64,000 nt of DNA, taken from the NCBI GenBank assembly GCA_965277285.1, contig OZ255721.1:64001-128000 (forward strand). The letters are read 5' to 3'. Source of the stretch: Abditibacteriaceae bacterium. GTDB lineage: Bacteria > Armatimonadota > Abditibacteriia > Abditibacteriales > Abditibacteriaceae. Of the stretch, positions 28,246-38,679 are shown piece after piece (the first letter of the stretch is position 1; each line of letters starts with the position of its first letter). The notes below the pieces were generated by a model. The model searched no databases and had not been told where the DNA came from. It saw only the letters and a list, made by a program, of their open reading frames with translations. Position numbers and translations under genes: made by a program.

Positions 28246-30072
28246 ATGAAGACCTTCGCTTTTTTGCTTTTAACGTTCTGCCTTGCCACTGCGGCTTCTG
28301 CTTCCGCCGCGCCTCCGCAAATCTTTGTCGCCGATCCGCCGGAAAATAAAATCGTTGCCTTCGATCACATTTTGTTTGAAGGTTCGGTTTCTGCCGGTGC
28401 GAACTTTTCGGTTGATGGGCGCGCGATCGATGTCGGGCGCGATGGACTTTTCATCGAATGGTTGCCGCTGAAACCTGGCTTGAACGTCTTGCAACTGCAA
28501 AGCAAACGCGGCATCGAGTACTCGAAACGCGAGTTTCGCATCACCTCGCAACCTGAAACCTCTTTACCCACAACGCCGACAACCATTATCGCGGACAGCG
28601 TGCAGCCAAACGCGAATTGGAAGTTGTTCACTTTCGCGGGAAGTTTGGCCACGCGAACCATCAATGTTTCGTTCCGCGGTTCGCCAAATGGAAACGCCAG
28701 TTTTACGATTGGAAAGCGCGGCCCGTTTGCAATGGCAGAACGTAAAGCCGAAGATTTTCCGGGGACGAAAAATGTCTCAACTGGAACTTACGAAGGTTCG
28801 TTTGTCGTTGATGCGAACGATCAATTCCAAGATGCGCCAATTGTTGTTTCGCTGACGGGCAGCGATGGGAAAACCGTCGCGCAAACTGCAACGGGCAATC
28901 TGACGGTGAATCAAACCAATCAGCCGCGTGTCGGAATTGTCACTGTTGAAGCCGTTGGCTTGGGTGTGAATGCGAGCACAACTGTGGCGCGCAATGGGGT
29001 CGGGCGCAGTCATGTTTTGCAACTGGAAGCGGGCGAAAAGTTCGTCGTCATTGGCGAAGAGGGCGACACCTTTCGCTGTTTGTTGTCACCGAATCAAAGC
29101 GTCAATATTCTCAAGAGTCAAATGCGATTGTTGCCGGAAGGAACGTCGTTTCCGCGCGTTTATTTCACTCGCATCTCGACGCAAATCGTGCGTCAAAACA
29201 ATACATCGAGTACTCGAATCCGCTTTGAACTGCCCGACCGCGTGCCATTTATCGTCGAGCAAACTGCCAACGGCAACGATCAATCTCTCGACCTTCGCTT
29301 GTTCAATACCGAATCAGATGTCGATTACTTCGTGTCGGCTTTTCCCGATGAACTCTTGCGTAACGTAACCTGGACGCAGGAAAGTGACGGCGTTTTTCAC
29401 GCGCATATCGCTTTGAAAATGCGCCAGCAATGGGGATTTCAGACGTTTTACGAAGGCAACGATTTGGTCGTGCAAATCAAGCACGCGCCACAGCTGAACC
29501 GTGCGCAGCCTTTGTTGGGACGGCACATTGTCGTTGATCCCGGGCATGGCGGCATTGAAACGGGCGCGCCGGGCGCTTTCGGCGTTGATGAAAAAGACCT
29601 TGTGCTCGACATCGCGCGACGTTTAACGACCAAGTTGCAGAAACTCGGTGCGATTGTGACGATGACGCGCGACAAAGACGTGCAGGTACCAATTTACAAT
29701 CGTCCGCTTCTCGCCGAACAACTCAACGCCGACGTTCTCCTCAGCATTCACGCCAACGCGTTGCCGGACGGCATTGATCCAAATAATTCACGCGGCACCG
29801 GCGTTTATTTTTATCAGCCGCAAGCGCGCCCTTTAGCTGAAAGTTTACTGCGTTCCATTCTCAAGGATGTGCCCGAAACCGGCAACGACGGCTTGCATTA
29901 CCAGAATCTCGCCTTAACGCGACCAAGCAGCCAACCCAGCGTTCTGGTGGAAACCGCCTTTATGACCGATAAAAGCAACCTGCGCTTGTTGATGTCCGCA
30001 GTGGGACGTGAACGTATTGCTGAGAGTTTGGCGCGTAGTCTGGAAGAATTTTATGTCGGGAGTTTGCGCTGA
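28246..30072 (+). CDS. N-acetylmuramoyl-L-alanine amidase (Amidase_3)
   Basis: Signal peptide; VVDPGHGG, EK, MTR, LSIHANA, VLVETAF. Confidence 0.9.
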   Translation: MKTFAFLLLTFCLATAASASAAPPQIFVADPPENKIVAFDHILFEGSVSAGANFSVDGRAIDVGRDGLFIEWLPLKPGLNVLQLQSKRGIEYSKREFRITSQPETSLPTTPTTIIADSVQPNANWKLFTFAGSLATRTINVSFRGSPNGNASFTIGKRGPFAMAERKAEDFPGTKNVSTGTYEGSFVVDANDQFQDAPIVVSLTGSDGKTVAQTATGNLTVNQTNQPRVGIVTVEAVGLGVNASTTVARNGVGRSHVLQLEAGEKFVVIGEEGDTFRCLLSPNQSVNILKSQMRLLPEGTSFPRVYFTRISTQIVRQNNTSSTRIRFELPDRVPFIVEQTANGNDQSLDLRLFNTESDVDYFVSAFPDELLRNVTWTQESDGVFHAHIALKMRQQWGFQTFYEGNDLVVQIKHAPQLNRAQPLLGRHIVVDPGHGGIETGAPGAFGVDEKDLVLDIARRLTTKLQKLGAIVTMTRDKDVQVPIYNRPLLAEQLNADVLLSIHANALPDGIDPNNSRGTGVYFYQPQARPLAESLLRSILKDVPETGNDGLHYQNLALTRPSSQPSVLVETAFMTDKSNLRLLMSAVGRERIAESLARSLEEFYVGSLR

Positions 30073-30186
30073 ATTATTGAGGTGCGCTATTGGTAAGCAG
30101 CGCCAAAGTTTCTGTCGTAACGATGGTTGTTTTGGATGGGATTTACGCGCTAACTTCCATCGAAAACGAGCTTTCGAGTACTCGAT

Positions 30187-30630
30187 TCATGCCTTTTCGT
30201 TGCGCAATTCGTCTCGCACTTGCATCAGGATAATGCCCAGTTTGTTTTGGCCCGTGCGGTTTTTGCCGCAACCCCAGTAATAATCGCCGGGCGCGTTTTC
30301 GATGATTTCTTCGTCGTCGGCGGCCAGCAAAATCTCGCGGATTTCCTCGTGCGTCTGGAACTTTTTCAGGACGGCGCGGTGCATGATTTCGTCTTTGACA
30401 CTTTCCCAATCGGCGCGCAAAGGACGGCTGCGTTCGCGTCCCATTTCGGCGGCGCGCTTGGGCGTGGCGGCGCAGCGAATTTCCTCGACGTGCGATGTTC
30501 CCGCGAACTTTTGCGCTTGGAAATAGTGTTCAGTCGTCGGCCACCATTGTCCATCTAACTCGATGCCGTGCTTGGAAAAGTTAGAAAAACAACCGTATGT
30601 GTCGAGTGTTCCGTAAAATTCAATCGCCAT
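30187..30630 (-). CDS. NADAR/YbiA family protein
   Basis: FSNF, WPTTEHYFQAQKF, DWESVK..M, D.YWG.G...GQNKLG..LM.VR. Confidence 0.9.
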   Translation of the reverse strand: MAIEFYGTLDTYGCFSNFSKHGIELDGQWWPTTEHYFQAQKFAGTSHVEEIRCAATPKRAAEMGRERSRPLRADWESVKDEIMHRAVLKKFQTHEEIREILLAADDEEIIENAPGDYYWGCGKNRTGQNKLGIILMQVRDELRNEKA

Positions 30631-30807
30631 AATACAACCTCCTGAAAATCTGTCCTAACTGAAAAACGCCTTCTCCCTTGATAACAGAGTTTCTGATCAA
30701 AACGTCCAAGTAGCCGGTTTTGGTTCGTCATGTCGAGCTGCCAGGCTCCAGTTTGAGTTGGTGACGTGTCAGAAGTAACGGATTCTGAAGCCGATTTTCT
30801 GCGGAGT

Positions 30808-33321
30808 TTAAAGGCTGGTGCGTCCGGCCAAGCTGGCTACAACGGCGATCAGTTCGGCTGGTTCAATTGGCTTGGGAATATGCACTTGAAATCCTGCTCG
30901 CAGGGCACGCACGCGGTCTTCGACGCGCGCAAAAGCGGTGAGCGCGATGGCAGGCGTTTGTCCGCCGTGTTCGCTTGCCAGAGCGCGCACTTTGCCAATC
31001 AACGCGTAACCATCTTCGCCGGACATGCCAATGTCGCTCACCAAAATATCCGGCTTGGAAGCGGCTATCATTTGCAGCGCTTCGGCAACGGAGGAAGCTG
31101 CGGTCACCTGCGAGCCACAGCGTTCGAGCAACATGCGCAGCAAAAGGCGCGTGTCAGTCTCGTCGTCCACGATCAAGACCCGTAGATTTTCGAGTTGTGG
31201 AGGGCAGTCGAAGGAGACATTTCTGTCGACGGTCGGGTGCTGGCGCTCTTCCTCTGCCTCGTCCATTTCGCGGCGCGTCACTCTCAAGGGCAATTGCACC
31301 GTGAAAGTCGCGCCCTGGCCTGCTCCAGTGCTGTCCACTTGAATCGTGCCGCCATGCAGTTCGACAAGCTGGCGCACGATGGAAAGTCCCAGCCCCAAAC
31401 CTCCGTAAGATCGAGTACTCGCTTGGTCGGCCTGGCGAAAACGGTCGAACACGAGGGGCAGGAATTCAGGTTCGATGCCCTGGCCGTTATCGCTGACGAC
31501 GATTTCGACGTGCGAGTTAATACGCTCCAGGCGCACTTGCACGCGGCCTTGTTTCGGCGTGAATTTGATGGCGTTGGTGAGCAGATTCCACATCACCTGG
31601 CGCAGGCGGTCGGCATCGCCAGAAATGGGACCTGCTTTGGAGTCGAGCAAAATTTGGAGATGAATGCCTTTGGCTTGAGCTGCGGGGCGCACCGAGGCAA
31701 TGGCGGACTCGATGACTTCCGCCAGTTCGACTTGATGCACGTCGAGGCGCAATTTGCCGGTAATGATGCGCGACACATCCAAAAGGTCGTCAATCAGCTT
31801 GACCTGAGCGCGCGCGTTACGCTCAATCGTTTCCAGAGCGCTGGTTGTCGTGACGGCGTCAAACTCGCCGCTGTTGAGAATGTTTGCCCAGCCCAGAATG
31901 GCCATCAAAGGTGTGCGCAGTTCGTGAGACAAAGTTGAAAGGAACTCATCTTTCAACTGATTGGTTTTTTCGGCATCTTTGCGCGCTCTTTGCTCGCGCC
32001 ACAACAACAATTCTCGCTCTGCTTCGTTTTTCTTGCGCTCGATACCCAGCGCGATGGAGTCAGCCGCCAAAGCCAAACCTTGCAGGATCGTCTCGCTCAG
32101 CGGATGGCGCGCAAAAATTGCCACGACTCCGATTACGCGGTTTTCGACCATCAAGGGATAGCCGGCGAAAGACACCATTCCCTCACGCTTGGCCCATTCG
32201 TGATCGCTGACGCGCGGATCGTTGACGACACTGTTAGTCAAATGCGGCTCGCGCTCCTGGGCGATCAGGCCGATCTTGAACTTCCCAACCGGAACACGGC
32301 TGTGAAAGCCATCGAGATGCGTGTATAAACCTCGGCTGGCTTTCAATTCCAGCATGTCGCTTTGAGAGTTGAGCGTCCAAATGCGGGCGAAAGCGGCATC
32401 GAGATGATGCACCAGCGCCTGCGCGCAATTGTTCAGCAGAACGTCCAAGCTGTCGTTGCGCGTTACAATTTGACCGACTTCGGCGTTCATTTCCGCCAGG
32501 CGAGTTCTTTCGACAAGGGCCGCTTCGGCGCGTTTACGCTCGTTGATATTGTAAAAATAAACGGCCACGCCTTCGGGCGTTGGGTAAGCGCGTACTTCAA
32601 ACCACGTATCGAGCGGCGGATAAAATTCATCAAACACAACAGCGACTTGCTCTTGCGCCGCGCGCCGATATTGTGTCTCGAAAGCTGTTCCAATCGCTGC
32701 GGGGAACTCTTCCCAAATGCTTTTTCCTTGCAAATCGGCTCGCGCTCGCTGCAGCAAAGGCTCGCATTGCGGATTGAGATAAGTGAAACGCCACTGCTCA
32801 TCCAGAGTGAAGAAAGCGTTGGGGATACTTTCTAAAATGTTGTTGATGTGCTGGCTCGATTGTTCAAGAGCTTCCTTGATGCGCTGGTGCTCCGTATCAT
32901 CGCGCATGATTTTCGCGTAACCGCGCAAAGCACCGGACTCATCGTACAGCGCCATCATCAAGCCGTTGGCCCAAAATCGTGTTCCATTCTTACGCTGATG
33001 CCAGCGCCGATCTTCGGCGCGACCTTTCTGTTGCGCGATGCTCCTTTCCCGGCTGCAGGCATCGCGGGCATTGTCTTCGGGCGTGAAAAGATGGCACGCG
33101 TCAAGACCTAAAAACTCCGCTTCGCTATAGCCGAGAAGCTTTTCGACGCCAAGATTCCAACTTACTGTGATGCCGTTGAGATCGAGAGCGAAAATAGCGA
33201 AATCTTCAACATTCTCAGCGATTAGGCGCAGCATTTCCTCGCTTTGAGGAGAAACTTCTGCAAGCTGCGGCGGCAAAAGCGGCATCGTCGTCGACAAGGG
33301 CGGTTCGTGCTCGTTACTCAT
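30808..33321 (-). CDS. PAS/PAS/GAF hybrid sensor histidine kinase with receiver domain
   Basis: [10 protein letters not shown]-box, NLLTNAIKFT, DNGQG, GGLGLGL, C-terminal LIVDDE...SDIGM...KP. Confidence 0.93.
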   Translation of the reverse strand: MSNEHEPPLSTTMPLLPPQLAEVSPQSEEMLRLIAENVEDFAIFALDLNGITVSWNLGVEKLLGYSEAEFLGLDACHLFTPEDNARDACSRERSIAQQKGRAEDRRWHQRKNGTRFWANGLMMALYDESGALRGYAKIMRDDTEHQRIKEALEQSSQHINNILESIPNAFFTLDEQWRFTYLNPQCEPLLQRARADLQGKSIWEEFPAAIGTAFETQYRRAAQEQVAVVFDEFYPPLDTWFEVRAYPTPEGVAVYFYNINERKRAEAALVERTRLAEMNAEVGQIVTRNDSLDVLLNNCAQALVHHLDAAFARIWTLNSQSDMLELKASRGLYTHLDGFHSRVPVGKFKIGLIAQEREPHLTNSVVNDPRVSDHEWAKREGMVSFAGYPLMVENRVIGVVAIFARHPLSETILQGLALAADSIALGIERKKNEAERELLLWREQRARKDAEKTNQLKDEFLSTLSHELRTPLMAILGWANILNSGEFDAVTTTSALETIERNARAQVKLIDDLLDVSRIITGKLRLDVHQVELAEVIESAIASVRPAAQAKGIHLQILLDSKAGPISGDADRLRQVMWNLLTNAIKFTPKQGRVQVRLERINSHVEIVVSDNGQGIEPEFLPLVFDRFRQADQASTRSYGGLGLGLSIVRQLVELHGGTIQVDSTGAGQGATFTVQLPLRVTRREMDEAEEERQHPTVDRNVSFDCPPQLENLRVLIVDDETDTRLLLRMLLERCGSQVTAASSVAEALQMIAASKPDILVSDIGMSGEDGYALIGKVRALASEHGGQTPAIALTAFARVEDRVRALRAGFQVHIPKPIEPAELIAVVASLAGRTSL

Positions 33322-33463
33322 ATCTATGACTCATCGAAGCTTAATTGTATCCCTTTTTATCTAACCAATCTTTGCCTGCCAGTAATACACATCAAGTTTT
33401 ATAAACAACCTTCGAGGCTGTATCATTTTCTTTGATTATCTGTAACCGAATTTGCGCGAAGGT

Positions 33464-33556
33464 GCCGTAAGCAACACGCTGCCGTAAGCAACACGCTGCC
33501 GTAAGCAACACGCTGCCGTAAGCAACACGCTGCCGTAAGCAACACGCTGCCGTAAG
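33464..33556. repeat. Perfect 17-bp tandem repeat (GCCGTAAGCAACACGCT), 5 copies plus 8 bp
   Basis: Units start at 33464, 33481, 33498, 33515, 33532, 33549; no spacers. Confidence 0.95.
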
Positions 33557-33986
33557 GCCAAAAAAGTCGGCAACGAGGGAATTCAGCGGAACTTTGTGGG
33601 GCAAATTCGATGCGAAGAAAACGATAAGGGGAACTGAATAGGTTTGTATGCTGCGCGACGATTCGAGTACTCGATTGATCTTTTATCTCGTCTACGACGA
33701 CTTTATCAAGCCTGCTTGCGAAATCTCAATCAAATGTTACTTGATGTCGCCTTGTATGTCGCCTTGTATGTTCCATTGCGTTGCCTTACCGCGATAACAC
33801 AGAGGAAATCGCATCAAGTTCATGGCTGAAATCGAGCCAATTTTTACATCTACCGTTCTTATTCGTGCTTTGCTGTACCACGATTATGACTTCTCGCCTG
33901 AACTTTCGCTCATAATTTTGTATTGTGCGACATGCGAGCCAAACGAGCGTTGCTGCGAGGGAAAAAGGTGCAGAGGTTCGCCAACC

Positions 33987-35768
33987 TCAAACGAAAAGTT
34001 TCTTGATGTTGTCAGTTGAACTTACATTGTCGGTTAACCTTCGATAAGTCGTGTCATTGAGGTTGGTGCCGCTTGCTTCAACATGGCCTGCAGGTGATTC
34101 TGCAAGAACTGTGCGGTCGCGTCCCTCGTGTTTGGCGCGATATAAAGCGGCATCGGCGGCGCGAATCAGGTCGGCGGTATTTTCTCCCTGTTCGGGAAAC
34201 ATCGCGATACCCATCGAAATCGTAACCGTTCCCAACGCCTGGCTGCGATATTCAAGATGAAGGTCTTTGACTTTCTGACGCAGTTGTTCCGCTCTTTGAT
34301 GAGCCATCGTCAGGGACAGTTCGGGCAAAACCAAAACGAACTCTTCGCCTCCGTAGCGGCACGCGATGTCTTCGTTGCGGACGTGCGCTTTGAGCAGGCC
34401 GGCGAATTTGGCCAAAAGAAGATCGCCGGCTTCGTGTCCAAAGGTGTCGTTAAACCTTTTGAAGTGGTCGATGTCGATCATGACGACAGCGATAGGATGC
34501 GGCTTGCGCTGAGCGCGCGACAATTCTCCTTCCATTGATGCTTCCAAGTAGCGCCGATTAAACAAGCCCGATAAAGGATCTCGAATCGATTGAGTGCGCA
34601 ACGTTTCTTGCAACTTCAAATTTGCCAGCGACAACGAGATTTGCTCGCCTGCAGTGCGAGCCAATTGTTGCTTGGCTTCACTCAGTGTTCCCACTTGAAT
34701 TTCATCGGCAGCCTGACCAATGGCTTCGCCCGCGTTTTTGTTCTTATCCTGGCTTGTGGCCTGCTCGAGATATAGCGATCCCAGAGTTTCGCCGTGTGCT
34801 GCTATGGGCAAGCACAAGAAGCTTGATGAATCAGAAAATTTTACGTGTTGGCATTGTGGCCCCGCCTGGTTGCCTTGAACCAGGTGCAATCGGCTACGGC
34901 GCAAGCCCCAGCATTCATCGGGCGAAAACACGGGCTGCGACGAAAGTTGCTTTCGACCCGGAGCTTCCCATGTCAGCACTGCTTCCGCGAGATTACTGGA
35001 AGCATTGAGCAAATAAAGCGCGCCAGCTTCTTGCGGGAAAAGTTGCGGCATGGTCTGGCCGATAATAGCATAAGCTTCTGGCGTGGTGCGACAGCTTTGT
35101 AGCAGATCGCTCATCGTGCTAATCAAAGTCATTTCACGTGTCAGGCGCTGCATTTCTTGAAGAGAATGTTGCAGTTGAATGGTGCTGGTGCGCAAATCAT
35201 CTTCGACTACGGCGCGTTGACCGCTTTCCCGCGCGATTAAATTCAACATTATTAAGATGATGGCAAAGCTCAGGACGAGTCCGCCGCTGCTAACTGAAAA
35301 AGCCGATCCAGAAGCCGCCTGCGCTGCCGTTGTCCGCTCCTGCAGCAAGCGCCGTTCTTCGCCTTCCATCTGCTCAATGAGAATGCGCAGTTGATCGGTT
35401 TGGTGTTGCGCGATGTCGTTTGCTACAAGATGTTGCGCCGCTTGGAAACTTTGTTGACGTAAAGTGATGCCGCTTTGGAGCATTGCAACGCGCGCCTGAG
35501 CTTGAGTCCTGAGAAGGGGAATGCGCTTTTGCTGTACAGGGTTATCTACCGTAAGTTCGCCGACCTGCTGAACAGCCTGAAAAATACGAGGCACCGCCAC
35601 ATCGTAATCCGCAAGGTAATCGACTTTTCCTGTAATGATGTAGCCACGTTGAGCCGTTTCAGCGTCATCCAAAGAAAGCAGAATTTGATTGAGCACATCG
35701 AGTACTCGATGTGTATGAGCTACCCAGGCCGTGTCCTGAATAGAGCCGCTCTCACTACGATAAACCAT
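33987..35768 (-). CDS. CHASE3/GAF diguanylate cyclase (frame open upstream to 35849)
   Basis: DAETAQRGYIITG (CHASE3), DPLSGLFNRR, DIDHFKRFND, RYGGEEF, ADAALYRAK. Confidence 0.9.
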   Translation of the reverse strand: MVYRSESGSIQDTAWVAHTHRVLDVLNQILLSLDDAETAQRGYIITGKVDYLADYDVAVPRIFQAVQQVGELTVDNPVQQKRIPLLRTQAQARVAMLQSGITLRQQSFQAAQHLVANDIAQHQTDQLRILIEQMEGEERRLLQERTTAAQAASGSAFSVSSGGLVLSFAIILIMLNLIARESGQRAVVEDDLRTSTIQLQHSLQEMQRLTREMTLISTMSDLLQSCRTTPEAYAIIGQTMPQLFPQEAGALYLLNASSNLAEAVLTWEAPGRKQLSSQPVFSPDECWGLRRSRLHLVQGNQAGPQCQHVKFSDSSSFLCLPIAAHGETLGSLYLEQATSQDKNKNAGEAIGQAADEIQVGTLSEAKQQLARTAGEQISLSLANLKLQETLRTQSIRDPLSGLFNRRYLEASMEGELSRAQRKPHPIAVVMIDIDHFKRFNDTFGHEAGDLLLAKFAGLLKAHVRNEDIACRYGGEEFVLVLPELSLTMAHQRAEQLRQKVKDLHLEYRSQALGTVTISMGIAMFPEQGENTADLIRAADAALYRAKHEGRDRTVLAESPAGHVEASGTNLNDTTYRRLTDNVSSTDNIKKLFV

Positions 35769-36524
35769 GAAACCAACTAAGACGAGAAGCGCCGTAGCGA
35801 GAGCGAACCATCCTTTAAGCCGATTGCGGACTGATTTTCGTATGGCACATCACTCCCTCTTTGTTCTCCATCATTGCTCGCCTTCATACCGTTTGACACC
35901 GTTTTGGCCAAAGTCGTTTTGTGGCGCAGCGACCAAACAGGAAGAACGCGGTTCGCCATCTTCAGTGTCCGCATCTTCTTCAGTTTGTCACTCGCTGTCA
36001 TCTGCAGAAGACTGCGCTTCTTGCATTTGATGCCGTTCGGTGCGAGCTTGGTGTATATCGTGATCGTGCCGATATGCTGAGCACCTTGATTTCTCAAAAT
36101 GACTGCAGATCGTCGCACAAAACTCACAGTGAAAAAAGTGCTTGGTCTATCGGCAAGGCTGGGGTATGTCACCTGTCGCTGGATGCCTCAAAGCACCAGT
36201 TGCTTGCGTTCATCGCACGGCGTTCGTTGACAAGACAAGACATTGATTGAGATTTTTCGATAACTCGTTACTTCGACAACTCGTTACAAAAATCCAAGAT
36301 GTCGAATAAGAAGTTGTTGAAGTGATAAGGTGCAATTCATGGCATCTCGATGAATTGCATCGCAACTTGGGTTCGCTCAAGGCTTGCGCTGAGTGAAGAA
36401 GCGTCACACTTTTTGCAGCAGACGCTTGGAAGGGTAGTGTCACGGGCCGTCGGAAGGATGTACCAGATCGGCCAAACCGTATATTTACTGGGGCTTGCCG
36501 AAAAAGTTGGCAATGATGAACTTT

Positions 36525-36601
36525 TGGTGCGCCCACCTGGACTCGAACCAGGGACCTCTACATTATCAGTGTAGCGCTCTAACCAGCTGAGCTATGGGCG
36601 C
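36525..36601 (-). tRNA. tRNA-Ile(GAT)
   Basis: Reverse complement GCGCCCATAGCTCAGCTGGTTAGAGC...CT GAT AA...GGTTCGAGTCC...GGGCGCACCA, CCA encoded. Confidence 0.95.
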
Positions 36602-36769
36602 ATAACTTGCGAATCGCATGACGATTCATATCAATGGCACGCGAGAAGAAATGATACCTGAACCTGAGACACGATGCAAGCGCTTTGAAAGAAAATTCAG
36701 TCTTGCCGTTCGTTTTTGACGGTGTTATAATCGCTGTGCACCGCCGCTTGGAAAGGTTTGACGCGACTT

Positions 36770-36859
36770 GGAGGGATACTCAAGTGGCCGAAGAGGCGGG
36801 TTTGCTAAACCTGTAGGCGTGGGTAACTGCGCGCGAGGGTTCGAATCCCTCTCCCTCCG
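36770..36859 (+). tRNA. tRNA-Ser(GCT)
   Basis: GGAGGGA/TCCCTCC acceptor stem, TT GCT AA loop, long variable arm, GGTTCGAATCC. Confidence 0.93.
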
Positions 36860-37140
36860 TTGATTGTTGTTTGTTATATCGTTGTTCGTCATAAAACTGA
36901 AAAACGCGATGCTTTCTCAAGGCGTCGAGTTTTCGTTTTGATGTCAAAGTTCGTTTCCCTGCGGCTTCGCGTTCCTCAGTGTTTATCGAGTACTCGATTG
37001 CAGCGTTTATCGGTTGCACGATGGGATGCGAAGCGCAAGCAGCAAAGTTTTTTGATGTCCAGCCTTGCAGCCGAGCGGCTTTTCGCCTATAATTTTGCAG
37101 GCAGTTTTGCGTTTACGCATTGCGTTTACGCATTGCGTTT

Positions 37141-37216
<76 letters not shown>

Positions 37217-37229
37217 TTTTCAAAGTTCT

Positions 37230-37290
37230 TAGTTTTGAATTCTCAATTTTGAGTTGGCAACTTCATTCAAAATTGAGAATTCAAAACTAA
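37230..37290. repeat. AT-rich hairpin between tRNA genes
   Basis: tagttttgaattctcaattttga ... tcaaaattgagaattcaaaacta. Confidence 0.8.
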
Positions 37291-37305
37291 GAACTTTTTC
37301 GTTTA

Positions 37306-37378
37306 GCGCCCGTGGCCCAGTGGATAAGGCGTCGCCCTCCGAAGGCGAAGATCGCACGTTCGAGTCGTGCCGGGCGCA
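37306..37378 (+). tRNA. tRNA-Arg(CCG)
   Basis: GCGCCCG/CGGGCGC acceptor stem, TCGCC-CT CCG AA-GGCGA anticodon arm, GTTCGAGTC. Confidence 0.92.
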
Positions 37379-37383
37379 GTTTC

Positions 37384-37460
37384 GCAATTTTTAATTTTAA
37401 GTTCTTAATTCTCAGTTGAGAAACCTTATTCAAAATTAAGAACTTAAAATTAAAAATTGC
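37384..37460. repeat. AT-rich hairpin between tRNA genes
   Basis: gcaatttttaattttaagttcttaatt ... aattaagaacttaaaattaaaaattgc. Confidence 0.8.
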
Positions 37461-37467
37461 CGTTCCC

Positions 37468-37539
37468 GCCTTCGTAGCACAATGGATCGTGCAGGCCTCT
37501 CCTAAGGGCAAGATCGGGGTTCGATTCCCTGCGAGGGCA
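37468..37539 (+). tRNA. tRNA-Arg(CCT)
   Basis: GCCTTCG/CGAGGGC acceptor stem, CT CCT AA loop (weak anticodon stem), GGTTCGATTCC. Confidence 0.85.
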
Positions 37540-37594
37540 CTTTCTCCATTGACGATTTGTGGATGGACGATGGACGAATATCGCTTGCTCGAAA

Positions 37595-38119
37595 ATGTCA
37601 TTTTTCCCATCAAATCAAGCCGAACCTTCCCACTTCTCCGACGAACACTGGATGCATATTGCACTCGACGAAGCGCAAAGATGTCTGCGCGACTCTTCAA
37701 CTCAAAACTCAAAACTCAAAATTGAGAACTTGTCCGATGTCCCCATCGGCGCCCTGTGCGTGCGCCACAACGAAATCATTGCGCGCGGTCACAATCGCCG
37801 CGAAATTGACCAAGATTCCACCGCGCACGCCGAAGTTCTGGCGATTCGTGAGGCCAATCGAGTACTCGATTCGTGGCGATTGGACAACGTGACGCTTTAT
37901 GTCACGCTGGAGCCGTGCGCGATGTGCGCCGGTGCGATCTGGCTCAGTCGAATTGAACGCGTCGTGTTCGGTGCGTGGGACGACAAAGCGGGCGCCTGCG
38001 GTTCGCTCGTCGATATTTTGCGCGACCCGCGCTTGAATCACACGCCTCAGGTGCGCGGCGGCATTCTGGAAGACGAATGCAAAACGATGTTGCAGGAGTT
38101 TTTCGCGCAGCGCCGTTAA
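37595..38119 (+). CDS. tadA: tRNA adenosine(34) deaminase
   Basis: DVPIGA, DSTAHAE, TLYVTLEPCAMCAGA, VFGA.D.KAGA.GS, FF..RR; start position approximate. Confidence 0.93.
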   Translation: MSFFPSNQAEPSHFSDEHWMHIALDEAQRCLRDSSTQNSKLKIENLSDVPIGALCVRHNEIIARGHNRREIDQDSTAHAEVLAIREANRVLDSWRLDNVTLYVTLEPCAMCAGAIWLSRIERVVFGAWDDKAGACGSLVDILRDPRLNHTPQVRGGILEDECKTMLQEFFAQRR

Positions 38120-38628
38120 AGTTGGCCAAAGAACCAGAGTTCGTTGCTGAAAACTTCATCCTCATCCGCAACTTCTTGTCGAAAACCCTTTTCCTCAAAT
38201 CCGTCCGGCAAGAGCAAAGACCGTTCTTTGCTCAAACTCCTTTTCTGTGACAACGCCAGCCATTTTTGTTCTGGAGAATTGCGCACGAAAAACGAATCGA
38301 AGTAACTTTCATCGAAGAAAACAATGATTTGCGATGCCCACAAATCGGGCAAAGAAACGGCGACGACGACGCGCGAAAACTCATTCTGCGGTGCAAGGGT
38401 TGTCAAATGAAAGGCGCTTTCCAACAGGGTTTGAACACACAAGCGGCGCACGGAACGCGGCGTCGCTGTTGAATCGATGAAGTCCATTGCGACTGGCAAA
38501 GGAAGATGCCAGTAGCCGCTGTTTGAATAAGGTCGAGGAAACTCGCGCGTTTCTGCCTCAATGCGCGCAATCATATTGCGACATTTGCGCTTCAAGCCGC
38601 GCGGTTTCCTCTTGATGTAAAGTTTCAT
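38116..38628 (-). CDS. Hypothetical protein (DUF3916-like)
   Basis: ORF with YWHLPLPV, LPDLWASQIIVF, ELWFFG; family recalled from motifs, not searched. Confidence 0.65.
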   Translation of the reverse strand: MKLYIKRKPRGLKRKCRNMIARIEAETREFPRPYSNSGYWHLPLPVAMDFIDSTATPRSVRRLCVQTLLESAFHLTTLAPQNEFSRVVVAVSLPDLWASQIIVFFDESYFDSFFVRNSPEQKWLALSQKRSLSKERSLLLPDGFEEKGFRQEVADEDEVFSNELWFFGQL

Positions 38629-38679
38629 TCGAGTACTCGATCTTCGGGAAACAGTGAACAGATGAGGCATAATCAGGTG

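Noticed and set aside
33464..33556. CRISPR array
   Set aside because: Units abut with no spacers, are only 17 bp, and no cas genes are present
30700..36524. Genomic island integrated at tRNA-Ile
   Set aside because: No integrase and no duplicated tRNA 3' end found; the motif is still present in the region
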